A stretch of DNA of 64,000 nucleotides from a virus, in the IMG/VR virus record IMGVR_UViG_3300042563_002443; one strand, 5' to 3'. Each line of letters opens with the position of its first letter. The first letter of the stretch is position 1. Below are positions 8,395-18,943 of the stretch, piece by piece. A program made the position numbers and the translations under genes. The notes below the pieces were generated by a model, which made no database searches, was not told the origin of the DNA, and saw nothing but the letters and a program-made list of their open reading frames with translations.

Positions 8395-10842
8395 ATGGCA
8401 GAAAGAATAGTTTCAGCAGGCGTATTTACAAATGAAGTAGATCAATCGTTTTTAGCTGGCGGCATTGCACAAATCGGTGCAGCAATTGTAGGACCAACAG
8501 TAAAAGGTCCTGCACTAATTCCTACACAAATAACTTCGTTCGGCGATTTTACGGCAATATTTGGATCATATACAGATGATTCATATGTACCATTCGTTGT
8601 ACAAGACTATTTGAAGAATGGAAATGTAATTACAGTAACAAGATTATTGTATGAAGATGGGTATACATTAGCTGCTGGAGCCTTAGCAATTATTGCTAAA
8701 TCAGGTTCGGGTGCCGGAGCGGTACAAGTTGTAACTCATGTGCTTCATCCAACCAATCCGGTTGCATATGTTGCAACAAATTTATTTGAAAAATCGGTAT
8801 TAAGCAATTTAGGTTCTGGTTCATTCACAATCAAAGTTTCAGGATCATATACTCCAAGCCCAGACTTTGCATCAGATGCAACGTCGGCAATTAGTTGCTC
8901 ATTAGTATCATCAACAAACAATTACATACAAAAGAAATTTGGGTCATCTCCTAAATCAGTAGATTATCCAGTATATGTGCAATATGAAAATGCTAATGCA
9001 TCTGCATTGTTTAACAACCTAGGCGATGTTACCATGGAATTAGCATCAGCATCAAGTTATGCATTTGCACAAGGATTTCAAGCAGCAGCAACACCAATGA
9101 TCACATCACAAAAAATTGGCACAACTGTTAAAAATTTATTTCAATTTTATACAATCTCACATGGCACATCAGTTAACACCGAAGTTAAAGTTGGTATTAG
9201 AAATATAAGAACTGCTGCTGAAGTTGCTGATCCAAATGGATATGGAACATTTACAATAGAAGTTCGTCGAGTAAATACTGCAAATATTCCAAATTCTCCA
9301 TATTCATCTAATGATACAGATCGCCAACCGGATATTATTGAAACATTTAACAATGTTAATTTAGATCCAAACTCATCAAAATATATTGGTCGCGTAATTG
9401 GTGATAGATATAGCACAATTGATACTGCAGGTAACTTGATTGTTAATGGAGATTATCCAAACATGTCTCGTTTCATTCGTGTAGCAGTTGATGCTGGAGT
9501 ATCTAATGCAACTAATGCAAAAACATTGGTACCATTTGGATTCCGTGCAATGAATGCACCAATTCCATTAATGTCTGGGTCATTGAATTTGAATGCAACA
9601 TCATATGCAACATCACAAGTACCTTCATCATCATCATATTACTCAAACAATTATTTTGGATTTGATTTTACCAATTTAAACAATTTAAATTATTTAGCTC
9701 CACTTCCAACAACAGGAGCAAATACAGGAAGCAATTCTGATTTCTATCTTGGAAATGTATCACAAAATGCTGAAGCAGCTTTCCCAACAGCAACACCATA
9801 TTCAGGGTCATTAGAAACTGCATTGACTGCTGGAACATTTACAACAAATGTTGCATTATCAACACGTAAATTTATTGTTGGATTCCAAGGAGGTTTTGAT
9901 GGCACTCGTCCAAACTTAGCTAAATTTTCCGGCGAAGATATTACAGCGGCAAATACATTTGGATTTGATTGCTCCGGGACTGGTACAAGTGGAACAACAT
10001 CATATAATAAAGCATTTGCATTGTTAGCAAACACTGATTATTATGATATGAACATGTTAATTACACCGGGTATTATTGACAGTCTGCACAGTGTAATAAC
10101 AAGTGCAGCACGCAATTTGTGTGAAACTCGTCAAGATACATTTTATGTGATGGATTCAAATGAATTAACAGATTCTGTAAGTCAGGTTGTCAGTCAAGCA
10201 ACAACTTTAGATAGCAATTATACTTCAACTTATTGGCCTTGGGTAAGAATTTTAAACCCAGCTAAAAATGTTCCATTATGGGTACCGCCATCAGTAGTAG
10301 TTCCGGGAGTATTGGCATTTAATGATGCAGTAGCTGCACCATGGTATGCACCAGCAGGTTTAACAAGAGGTGGTTTAACAAGTGTATCTGATACGTATAT
10401 GAATTTATCACAAACAATGCGTGATTCATTGTATGAGGCCCGTGTTAATCCTATTGCGAACTTCCCTAACGAAGGACAAGTGATTTGGGGTCAAAAGACT
10501 TTACAGGCTCGACCAAGTGCATTAGACCGCGTAAATGTACGTCGATTATTGATCACAGTTAAGAAATTTATTGCTTCTTCAACTCGTTATTTGGTATTTG
10601 AACAAAACACAGATGCAACTAGATTAAGATTCTTGAGCATAGTTAATCCATATTTAGATCAAGTAAAAGCTAAACAAGGTATTTACCAATTTAAAGTGAT
10701 TATGGATCAATCAAATAACACAGCAGATATGATTGACCAAAATATTTTATACGGACAAATACTTATTCAACCGACTCGTACGGCTGAATTTATTATTTTA
10801 GATTTCAATATTCAACCAACTGGAGCAAGTTTCCCGGAATAG
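8395..10842 (+). CDS. Contractile tail sheath protein
   Basis: N-terminal SAGVFTNEVDQS...AAIVGPTVKGPA; C-terminal PWYAPAGLTRG, VNPI, IWGQKTLQ, DRVNVRRLL, FEQN, IQPTRTAEFIILDF. Confidence 0.95.
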   Translation: MAERIVSAGVFTNEVDQSFLAGGIAQIGAAIVGPTVKGPALIPTQITSFGDFTAIFGSYTDDSYVPFVVQDYLKNGNVITVTRLLYEDGYTLAAGALAIIAKSGSGAGAVQVVTHVLHPTNPVAYVATNLFEKSVLSNLGSGSFTIKVSGSYTPSPDFASDATSAISCSLVSSTNNYIQKKFGSSPKSVDYPVYVQYENANASALFNNLGDVTMELASASSYAFAQGFQAAATPMITSQKIGTTVKNLFQFYTISHGTSVNTEVKVGIRNIRTAAEVADPNGYGTFTIEVRRVNTANIPNSPYSSNDTDRQPDIIETFNNVNLDPNSSKYIGRVIGDRYSTIDTAGNLIVNGDYPNMSRFIRVAVDAGVSNATNAKTLVPFGFRAMNAPIPLMSGSLNLNATSYATSQVPSSSSYYSNNYFGFDFTNLNNLNYLAPLPTTGANTGSNSDFYLGNVSQNAEAAFPTATPYSGSLETALTAGTFTTNVALSTRKFIVGFQGGFDGTRPNLAKFSGEDITAANTFGFDCSGTGTSGTTSYNKAFALLANTDYYDMNMLITPGIIDSLHSVITSAARNLCETRQDTFYVMDSNELTDSVSQVVSQATTLDSNYTSTYWPWVRILNPAKNVPLWVPPSVVVPGVLAFNDAVAAPWYAPAGLTRGGLTSVSDTYMNLSQTMRDSLYEARVNPIANFPNEGQVIWGQKTLQARPSALDRVNVRRLLITVKKFIASSTRYLVFEQNTDATRLRFLSIVNPYLDQVKAKQGIYQFKVIMDQSNNTADMIDQNILYGQILIQPTRTAEFIILDFNIQPTGASFPE

Positions 10843-10861
10843 TAGAATAAACATTTAAAAG

Positions 10862-10890
10862 AAAGGTAGGACTTAGGTTCTACCTTTTTT
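10862..10890 (+). terminator. Rho-independent terminator after the sheath gene
   Basis: AAAGGTAGGAC-TTAG-GTTCTACCTTT followed by a T-tract. Confidence 0.8.
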
Positions 10891-10931
10891 ACTTTACTTA
10901 TATTTATATAAAACAAATAAGGAAGAAAAAA

Positions 10932-11447
10932 ATGCCATTAACGCCAACATTACCAGATATTAGTCAAAGTGATTTATTCACTAGTGCATTTTCGTGGGAA
11001 CCAAAATATGCTAACCGATTTATCATGCAACTTGCAGGAACAAATATACCAGCATACTTAATTAAGGCAGCAGCACGACCTACAATTACTAACGGTGAAA
11101 TTGTTTTAGATCATATCAATATTGACCGAAAAGTTAAAGGCAAGTCTCGTTGGAGTGATTTAGCAATTACATTGTATGATCCAATTACAAGTGAAGGCGC
11201 ACAAGCAGTAATGGAATGGGTACGTTTACATCACGAATCATTAACAGGTCGCGACGGATATTCATCTGATTACAAACGTGACATTGAATTTTATGCTTTG
11301 TCTGCAATGGGCGAAAAAATTGAAAACTGGACATTAAAAGGAACATTTATTTCAGATGCAAATTTTGGACAAATGGATTGGGGAACAGAAGAAGCAATGA
11401 CAATTGAATTAACATTGAAATTTGATTACGCAATACATCAATATTAA
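10932..11447 (+). CDS. Tail tube protein (T4 gp19-like)
   Basis: Follows the sheath gene; EPKYANRF, WSDLAITLYDPI, AVMEWVRLHHES.TGRDGY, YKRDI, LTLKFDYA. Confidence 0.9.
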   Translation: MPLTPTLPDISQSDLFTSAFSWEPKYANRFIMQLAGTNIPAYLIKAAARPTITNGEIVLDHINIDRKVKGKSRWSDLAITLYDPITSEGAQAVMEWVRLHHESLTGRDGYSSDYKRDIEFYALSAMGEKIENWTLKGTFISDANFGQMDWGTEEAMTIELTLKFDYAIHQY

Positions 11448-11470
11448 TCTATAAAATAGTAGAATCATTA

Positions 11471-11496
11471 ATGGGGGCAAATTGCTCCCATTTTTT
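11471..11496 (+). terminator. Rho-independent terminator after the tube gene
   Basis: ATGGGGGCA-AAT-TGCTCCCAT followed by a T-tract. Confidence 0.8.
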
Positions 11497-11535
11497 GTGT
11501 TCTATATATTTATAATAAAGTTATAAAGGATAAAC

Positions 11536-12297
11536 ATGGCAGGAATGACAGATAGAGTTTCAGATCAAACAATAATTCAACTAGCAAAACAGCAGTACGA
11601 ATCACAAAAACAACAAAGTATGCCTTCGGAAATATTTCCATTGGTAAGCAACGGTATGGTATATCCAAAAGATCATCCATTGCGTTCCGGAAAAATTGAA
11701 ATGCGATACATGACCGCATATGATGAAGATATTTTAACTAATTCATCATATATGCGAGAAGGAGTTGTATTAGACAAATTGCTTGAAGCATTGATAGTGA
11801 CACCTGTTGATTATTCTACAATTGCTAGAATTGACAAAAACGGATTAATTATTGCAGCACGCATTGTAAGTTATGGAAAAGATTACAATGTTATTGTAAA
11901 AGATCCGAAATCGTTAGTAGAATTAGAACGAGTTGTTGATTTAACTAAATTAAAAAATTCAACGTTTGAATTACAATCTGACGACATTGGTGAATTTGAT
12001 TACGTTTTAGAAGATAAAACTCAATTAAAATTTAAATTTTTATTAAATAGTGATTCTGAAGACTTAAAAATTTCAGAATTTTTAGAGCGAACAATTACAC
12101 AAATTAACACATCTAGAAAACTTGAAGACATACAAGATTTTATTCGTTATAAATTTATGGCACGTGAATCAAAACTATTTAGAACATACATCATAAAACA
12201 TACACCTAGTGTATTAATGGACTATGAATTTGAAGGTGAAGACGGGAGCACCTTCAACTCCGGGTTTCCGTTTGGAGCAGACTTTTTTTGGTTTTAA
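11536..12297 (+). CDS. Tail/baseplate-hub assembly chaperone (T4 gp26/gp51-like)
   Basis: LVSNGMVYP..HPLRSGKIEMRYMTAYDEDILT...LIIAARIVSYGKDY; ends DFFWF; lies between tube and tape measure genes. Confidence 0.75.
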   Translation: MAGMTDRVSDQTIIQLAKQQYESQKQQSMPSEIFPLVSNGMVYPKDHPLRSGKIEMRYMTAYDEDILTNSSYMREGVVLDKLLEALIVTPVDYSTIARIDKNGLIIAARIVSYGKDYNVIVKDPKSLVELERVVDLTKLKNSTFELQSDDIGEFDYVLEDKTQLKFKFLLNSDSEDLKISEFLERTITQINTSRKLEDIQDFIRYKFMARESKLFRTYIIKHTPSVLMDYEFEGEDGSTFNSGFPFGADFFWF

Positions 12298-12520
12298 ACC
12301 AGAAGACCGCGTACAATTGCATTCTAGCCTGTTTGATTTAATATGGTTTGGAGCCGGTCGTTGGGATTGGCAAACATTGTATACGATGCCGGTACATATT
12401 CGAAGATTCTGGATTAGCAAAATCAATAAAATGCAGGATGAAAAAGCCGCAGCTATTGAACAACAAAAATCTAAAGCATCAATGAAGAAAAAGCCTACGA
12501 TAGTAAAATCTCCACTGTAA
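12224..12520 (+). CDS. Tail assembly chaperone extension, likely reached by frameshift from the upstream gene
   Basis: Overlaps the 3' end of the upstream ORF in the +1 frame across a T7 run (12283-12289). Contains WDWQTLYTMPVHIRRFW. Confidence 0.6.
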   Translation: MNLKVKTGAPSTPGFRLEQTFFGFKPEDRVQLHSSLFDLIWFGAGRWDWQTLYTMPVHIRRFWISKINKMQDEKAAAIEQQKSKASMKKKPTIVKSPL

Positions 12521-12541
12521 ATATTTATATTAAATAGGATA

Positions 12542-14233
12542 TTGTCGATGCTAGATACTAATGAAATTCAACTAATCAAACGTTTGAAATCTAAACCTAG
12601 ACTAGGCATGGCCGCAGCTGCCGATCCACTTGGTGAAGTCACTAAAGCATTAACCGCTGTATTTTCAGCATATAAAGATCAAGGCGGCGAAGTAATTCGT
12701 CAAAACGTTTTTGGTATTTTAGCTGGACAAGTACAAACATTAAATAACAATTTAAATGTTCTAGAGCAACTTAATTTAACAGTACAATCCGGATTTAATA
12801 AAAGTACAAAAAATGCAGCTGCATTTGGAGTACAATTAGATGCAGTTGCAAAAAGTGCAGGAGTCAATGCAACTAAGTTCAAACAATATGCCGGAGAACT
12901 TAGAACAGTGTTTGCAGGCCAAACCAAATTTTACAAAGATAATGGAAAGTTTTCACAACAACTCGCAAAACAATCAGATGTTATACGAAATCAATTAGGA
13001 GTATCTGAAGAAGCATATCGTAACTTTGTTAAATATCAAGGTACAGCGTTTGGCAGATCAAAAGATGCAGCTCAGTTAGCAACCAATTTTGAAAGCGTAA
13101 ATAGAGAATTAGGCAATGTTGCTGAATCTGTAGCAGGATTTTATGAAGGCGGATTAACGGATATTATTGAAGGGATGGGAACTTTAGGTCAAGCAACTTT
13201 AGCAACGTTTGGACGTATGCCTAAAGAATTAGGATTAGCTATACTCAAATCAAAATCTTTGGGACTTGAACTAGAAAAAATTACTGGAATTGGTAAAGGA
13301 TTTTTAGATATAGAACAATCAATTGCAGCTGAAATTGAATTTCAAATTTTATCAGGTGAAGAATTATTAACACAAGATGGTAAAAGTTTAACTGCTGAAT
13401 TTCAAAAGGCTGCATTTGCACAAGATGCAAATAAACAAGCAGATTTATTGGTTGGATTCATTGAAAAATTTGGAGAAAAACTAAAAGACAATGTCCCCTT
13501 GCAAGAACAAGCGGCATCCATGTTAGGTCTTACCGCTGATGATTTATTTGGTGCAATCAATCAATATAATGCCGCCGGCGCCATTAGTCAAGATATTTTC
13601 AAAACACAAACGGCGGATATTAAGGATCAAGGAAAAACATTTTCGCAAATTGCGGCTGAAGAAGACAAACGAACCAATGAAACAGTATTATCAGATGATG
13701 CCACAAAAACCTATATAGAAACCTTAGGCAATTATACAAATAAAGTAACAGGACTCCAAAAAGCAACAGCAGATTTAAATAAAACAGTATTAGACGGAGC
13801 CGCAGATATTGGAGAATCATTAGCAACTAATCCAGTTGTTAAAACGGCGTACGCCGGCGCCCAATCATTGAAAACAGGCAAGGATGTAGTCAATACAATA
13901 AAAACAGGAACTGGTGACAATACAGCTTTACAAGTAGGTCAAACGATTGTTAAAGATGTTTTTATTCCTGCAGGAGGCAACAATGTTATTACCGGCCCAC
14001 TTGGATCATTTTCATTGGATCCTAAAGATGATATAATTGCAATGCCAAATGCTAGAGAAGCCTTAGCAAATCAGGGTTCTACTACACCAAATAATACAAC
14101 ACAAGGCGGAACAGATACAGCAGCATTAGTTGCCGCATTACAAGGAATGAGTTTTCACGTAACAAATACATTTGATGGAGATAAAATACAATCTCAATTA
14201 ACAATACGACAAGGTCAACGACTTAATGCTTAA
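12542..14233 (+). CDS. Tape measure-like protein
   Basis: 563 aa, helical and A/Q/K-rich; FLDIEQSIAAEIEFQILSGEEL; follows the chaperone genes. Start may be the ATG at 12548. Confidence 0.7.
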   Translation: MSMLDTNEIQLIKRLKSKPRLGMAAAADPLGEVTKALTAVFSAYKDQGGEVIRQNVFGILAGQVQTLNNNLNVLEQLNLTVQSGFNKSTKNAAAFGVQLDAVAKSAGVNATKFKQYAGELRTVFAGQTKFYKDNGKFSQQLAKQSDVIRNQLGVSEEAYRNFVKYQGTAFGRSKDAAQLATNFESVNRELGNVAESVAGFYEGGLTDIIEGMGTLGQATLATFGRMPKELGLAILKSKSLGLELEKITGIGKGFLDIEQSIAAEIEFQILSGEELLTQDGKSLTAEFQKAAFAQDANKQADLLVGFIEKFGEKLKDNVPLQEQAASMLGLTADDLFGAINQYNAAGAISQDIFKTQTADIKDQGKTFSQIAAEEDKRTNETVLSDDATKTYIETLGNYTNKVTGLQKATADLNKTVLDGAADIGESLATNPVVKTAYAGAQSLKTGKDVVNTIKTGTGDNTALQVGQTIVKDVFIPAGGNNVITGPLGSFSLDPKDDIIAMPNAREALANQGSTTPNNTTQGGTDTAALVAALQGMSFHVTNTFDGDKIQSQLTIRQGQRLNA

Positions 14234-14244
14234 CAAGGAAAACT

Positions 14245-15921
14245 ATGCCATATTCATATAACGCGCCGTACGGCTTTACATTGTTTTCATTAGGTGGATC
14301 TGGAAATTATGCAACACCAAACACTGTATACTTGCAAGATAGTATAGGTTTAGGATCAACAACCTCCGGAACAGCATTACATCCAATACAAGCAGAAAAA
14401 CCCATAATTGCAGGCAACACTGCAGCATATGACAAAAAAAAAAATATAAAAACTGTATATGCTAATTTTGACAATGACTCTGCCAACCCAAGCGGATACA
14501 CATATCCAAATCGAATAGATATTATTGGCAATATAGGAAACGTTGCCCCAGGAGCTATATTTGCAAATGTTGCTAAAAACGCAATACTTGGAGCTGCATC
14601 CGGCCTTGGAAATCCTATAACTCAGCAATTTGTTCAACCAGCAGTATCTTCTTTATTCAAAATAAAAACATTGGATGGTATTTTAGATGATCGCAGTGAA
14701 AACATGGGACAGCCATATTCAATAATGCCATTTACTAGACTAGAACAAATTGCAAAATGGCCAGGCAAATACAAAGATTTTAGATCCTTTAAAGGATATA
14801 CGTTTAATGTTAACACTGTTAGATTAGATGGAGCGTCTGCTGCAACTCGAGGAGTTGCAAATAAAGATGCTAAAGGGAGCATAATTGGAGCTGCGTATGC
14901 AGCTGCTTCAGTATTACCAGGTGGAGCTTATCAAGTATTTAATATTGAATCCATATATGGTTGGGGAAACCATGGCGAACCAAACGCAGCACATCGAGAT
15001 TTTACATCAAGAAGTCATGTTGCAACAAGATGGAAAGTAGAAATTGGATTAGATGAAGTTACAGGCAAACCTAAAAAAGGAAGCTGGGCACCTACAAATA
15101 ATCCTATAGAAAAGGCAACGGAATTCCGCGGAGATAAAATTACTGTTATTGATTATAGTCAAAGAAAATTATCTCAGGCATATCAATGGAAATCTCCATT
15201 ATTCCCAGGAGCTGAAAAATGGAATAAATTTGTAGCTGCAACTGATTTAACTAGAGATTTTATCAAGTTTTATTTTACAGGACCAAAATTACAAAACGGA
15301 GTGGATGAAATTGATGATATAATTGTATTTCGTGCAATTATTGATTCATTTACTGATACACATTCACCAAGTTGGTCATCAGTTCCCATGATTGGTCGAG
15401 CGGATCCTAATTATACATATACTGGTTATTCACGTGAAGTAAATATATCATTTACTGTATTTGCAACTAGCCGTGATGAAATGAAACCTATATATCGAAA
15501 ATTAAATGCATTGGCATCATATACAGCACCAGAATATGGTACCGGGACAATTGCAATGAAATCACCATGGATGCGTATGACAATTGGAGACTTATTAGTT
15601 CAACAACCTGTACTTATAAATTCATTGTCATATACATTTGCAGATGGAGATACAACTTGGGAGATCAACATTGAAGATGATCCTACAATGATGCAAGCTC
15701 CACACAAAATTTCAGTGTCATTAGGATTAAATGTAATTACAGATTATCTTCCTGAGAAAAAAGGCAAAATGTATACATTAGCTAAACAATTCAATTCCGA
15801 AGCAACACCAATTGAAGGTGGAAATAATTGGTTAAGTGATTTTGGAACAACTGCAATGAGCGATGAACTTTTAAGACAAGCAGCAAATAAACAACAAGAT
15901 AACAAAACCAAAATAGAATAA
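14245..15921 (+). CDS. Baseplate / tail-tube initiator-like protein
   Basis: C-terminal IVFRAIIDSFTDTHSPSWS...IGRADPNYTYTGYSREVNISF...MRMTIGDL..QQPVLINSLSY...WEI; position after tape measure. Confidence 0.7.
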   Translation: MPYSYNAPYGFTLFSLGGSGNYATPNTVYLQDSIGLGSTTSGTALHPIQAEKPIIAGNTAAYDKKKNIKTVYANFDNDSANPSGYTYPNRIDIIGNIGNVAPGAIFANVAKNAILGAASGLGNPITQQFVQPAVSSLFKIKTLDGILDDRSENMGQPYSIMPFTRLEQIAKWPGKYKDFRSFKGYTFNVNTVRLDGASAATRGVANKDAKGSIIGAAYAAASVLPGGAYQVFNIESIYGWGNHGEPNAAHRDFTSRSHVATRWKVEIGLDEVTGKPKKGSWAPTNNPIEKATEFRGDKITVIDYSQRKLSQAYQWKSPLFPGAEKWNKFVAATDLTRDFIKFYFTGPKLQNGVDEIDDIIVFRAIIDSFTDTHSPSWSSVPMIGRADPNYTYTGYSREVNISFTVFATSRDEMKPIYRKLNALASYTAPEYGTGTIAMKSPWMRMTIGDLLVQQPVLINSLSYTFADGDTTWEINIEDDPTMMQAPHKISVSLGLNVITDYLPEKKGKMYTLAKQFNSEATPIEGGNNWLSDFGTTAMSDELLRQAANKQQDNKTKIE

Positions 15922-15955
15922 TGCGGTTTTTGCGTAAAAATAAAAGAAACTAATT

Positions 15956-16255
15956 ATGAATAGATACGAAACAGCATCTGCAATTAAAGACAGTAATGAA
16001 AAAAGAAAACTATCAACCATAATAACACCTACGCCAGAAGCAAATACTGCTGATGTATACATACAAACAAGATCTATAGAACGATTGGATTTATTGGCTT
16101 ATAAATTTTATAATGATCAAACACTTTGGTACATTATTGCTGCAGCAAATGGATTAGGCAAAGGATCCTTATATGTACCAGCAAATAGCAGATTGAGAAT
16201 TCCATCCAAAGATACAATACAACAACAAACTGAACAAACAAACAAAACTAGATGA
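15956..16255 (+). CDS. Baseplate wedge / LysM-like tail X protein (gp53-like)
   Basis: ERLDLLAYKFYNDQTLWYIIAAAN...RLRIP motif. Confidence 0.8.
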   Translation: MNRYETASAIKDSNEKRKLSTIITPTPEANTADVYIQTRSIERLDLLAYKFYNDQTLWYIIAAANGLGKGSLYVPANSRLRIPSKDTIQQQTEQTNKTR

Positions 16256-18294
16256 GTACAATATTTTATTCGCAAGTAAACAAATCGTTACAACAAGAAT
16301 TGATAGCGCGAGGTACAGCTGGCACGATAAATCGTACTACTGCTGCAATAGACTATATGGTTAGTAAAATAGCAAATGTTCAAATTGAAGCATATGATAC
16401 AAAGCCAACTGCCGATACAAAAGCTATGCCTGGATTCGGAACTTTAGGAGGAACAACCGTTCGTGCAGGAGCATATATGCCAAGTGGTGAAACTGGATTC
16501 TTAAATGATAAATTAAGACCTGCCAATAGGATACCACCGATTATAACTGGATTAAGTATTTCAATAAATGACCAATCTAAATCATATATCAATAAAGCAA
16601 GTGTCACCATATTAGTACCAGATGCTACAACTGATATGGATGGCAGTTATGGTATGGAAGCAATATATTGTAAACCCGGACGTTACGTTAAAATTGCTAT
16701 AATACATCCAGCAAGTGCATTGCTAACAGATGGAATCTTAGATGATGATAAATTACCATCGATTGATTTTTTAAAAACTTTATATCCAAACACAGATGTT
16801 TCAAGTTTACGAAAAATGAATGAATTGTATTTTCAAGGACGAATTACAACATTTTCATACACGTATAATTCTGACGGAACATTAGCATTAACATTTGAAT
16901 TAATTGGAACAAGCAATACATATGCAGAAGCAAAAATTTATATAGATAATAAACCAAATGCTACTGCAACAGGAACAAAAACTGAAAATCAAGTAACAAG
17001 TTTATATACTTCGCTGAGTGATGAAGTAAATGCAATCAAAAAAACATATGAGGAAAAAGGCATAAATGATTTTGAACACCTAGTAGCAAATACAACGGAC
17101 CAAAGCATATTAGTAGGAAAACCATATGTAATTGGAAATACAGACTCAATAAATACAACGCGTATGATATCATTGGGATATTTAATACAACATATTAATA
17201 CAAAAATAACAGCAGCAATAGGCGCTAGAATACATTGTGATGACGTTGTATGCAAAAGCAATTATTATGAACGATTAGTTTCAGCAAATCCATTAAGCCT
17301 GTTACTTTGGCGCGGCAAAACTGATTTGTTGCATGACACATATAAATTTGATTATCCGGAATCTGATCGTATTAAAAACTTAAGCCCAACAAATGCTGCA
17401 GCATTTAATGCATCATTACAAATGTTTCCTAATATTAAAAAAGCAGATATTAAAACAGACGGATTTTCAGTTGTATCTGCAAATTCTTCATATTCATTGC
17501 CGTCTAGAATATACATTGATTTAGAATTAATTCGAACTCTTATTAAAAAAATTGAAACTAAAAACGATCCATCAATTAACAACTTTTTAACTGAGGTATC
17601 ACGTGAAATTGCAGAAAGCACCGGCAATGCAATAATATTAGCACTAATACAGCATCCAACAATTTTTGATGCCCTAATTTATTATGATACAAATTATGTA
17701 AATGTAGAAGGTGCACCTACATTAGAATTTACATTACCAGTTTTTGCAACAAAAACAGGAGCGTCGATTGTTAGAGAGTTTTCATTAACATCAAAAGTTC
17801 CAAACAATGTTAAAACCATGGTATACGGTATTGATTCTAATAAAACAGGAACTCAACGTGTAACTACATATAATCCATATATATATGCTGATGCAGAGAC
17901 AAGAAAACAATTAGCAGACGATTGGAAAACAGAACATAAACAAGCAATACGTAAGTTAGCGGAAGCAAAAGAAAAAATTGCAAAGAAACCAGAAAGAGAT
18001 GAACAAATTATTAAAGAGTTAAAACAAGTACTAGAAAAATATGTTACATATTTTACTGATGATATTGAAAAATCAATTGGGAACAACAAATCAATCTTCC
18101 CAATGGAATTAGAATTTACAATTGATGGTATTAACGGATTTAAATTTGGAGACGTGTTAAACTTTAACGGATTACCAAAAAGATATACAGATTCATTTGT
18201 ATTTACAGTACTGGGAATGGAACATACAGTTTCTAATGAAGGAGAGTGGACAACTAGAATTAAATGCAATCCTAGGATTCGAATAAAAGAATAA
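16252..18294 (+). CDS. Baseplate hub protein (putative)
   Basis: 680 aa; C-terminal PMELEFTIDGINGFKFGD...LP.RY...F.V.G.EH.V....W.T.I; baseplate gene order. Confidence 0.6.
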   Translation: MSTIFYSQVNKSLQQELIARGTAGTINRTTAAIDYMVSKIANVQIEAYDTKPTADTKAMPGFGTLGGTTVRAGAYMPSGETGFLNDKLRPANRIPPIITGLSISINDQSKSYINKASVTILVPDATTDMDGSYGMEAIYCKPGRYVKIAIIHPASALLTDGILDDDKLPSIDFLKTLYPNTDVSSLRKMNELYFQGRITTFSYTYNSDGTLALTFELIGTSNTYAEAKIYIDNKPNATATGTKTENQVTSLYTSLSDEVNAIKKTYEEKGINDFEHLVANTTDQSILVGKPYVIGNTDSINTTRMISLGYLIQHINTKITAAIGARIHCDDVVCKSNYYERLVSANPLSLLLWRGKTDLLHDTYKFDYPESDRIKNLSPTNAAAFNASLQMFPNIKKADIKTDGFSVVSANSSYSLPSRIYIDLELIRTLIKKIETKNDPSINNFLTEVSREIAESTGNAIILALIQHPTIFDALIYYDTNYVNVEGAPTLEFTLPVFATKTGASIVREFSLTSKVPNNVKTMVYGIDSNKTGTQRVTTYNPYIYADAETRKQLADDWKTEHKQAIRKLAEAKEKIAKKPERDEQIIKELKQVLEKYVTYFTDDIEKSIGNNKSIFPMELEFTIDGINGFKFGDVLNFNGLPKRYTDSFVFTVLGMEHTVSNEGEWTTRIKCNPRIRIKE

Positions 18295-18295
18295 T

Positions 18296-18904
18296 ATGAG
18301 AAATCGTTTACATTATACACCTAACCAAATAACACTTAACTTGTATACAACTGGGTCGCAATGGATGACTGATGATGGAGTTGAGTTCATTGGGCCATAT
18401 CATACATATACTACAGGTGAAATTTTTTCAGAATCCAAATGGAATGCAAAAACATCAAAAAAATTAGTGCCATTAGTTTTACATGCAACAGACAATTATG
18501 TATATAAACAATTAAAAACGGTTCAAACTAAATTTGATAACCCACAACCTATACAACCCGTAATTACAGAACAAGACAAAGCTGTAGGATTTATTACTAG
18601 ATATTTCTTGAAAAAAACAAATGAATATGTAATTACTGAAATTGATGAACCACAATATGATAAATGGGTAATACAAGAAATTGATTCATATATGTGGACC
18701 GCTAAAAAAATTACATGGTATATAACTGGCAATTTGCATGATGCAATGCAAAATGGCGTATTAGCACCAGGTGTAATTGAAAAAAATTTTCAAGAAATAC
18801 GAAAAGCAGAAACGGAAATACCTGGAATATCATTAATATTAACAAATCCAATACAATATTATTCAGACTCTGATTTTGTAATTCCAAAAGATATCAATTC
18901 ATAA
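18296..18904 (+). CDS. Hypothetical baseplate-associated protein
   Basis: 202 aa: NLYTTGSQW...GPYH...GFITRYFLKK; starts 1 nt after the hub gene. Confidence 0.55.
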   Translation: MRNRLHYTPNQITLNLYTTGSQWMTDDGVEFIGPYHTYTTGEIFSESKWNAKTSKKLVPLVLHATDNYVYKQLKTVQTKFDNPQPIQPVITEQDKAVGFITRYFLKKTNEYVITEIDEPQYDKWVIQEIDSYMWTAKKITWYITGNLHDAMQNGVLAPGVIEKNFQEIRKAETEIPGISLILTNPIQYYSDSDFVIPKDINS

Positions 18905-18943
18905 CATTGGATTCCTAAGATTTTATCATTATTATATTAATGT

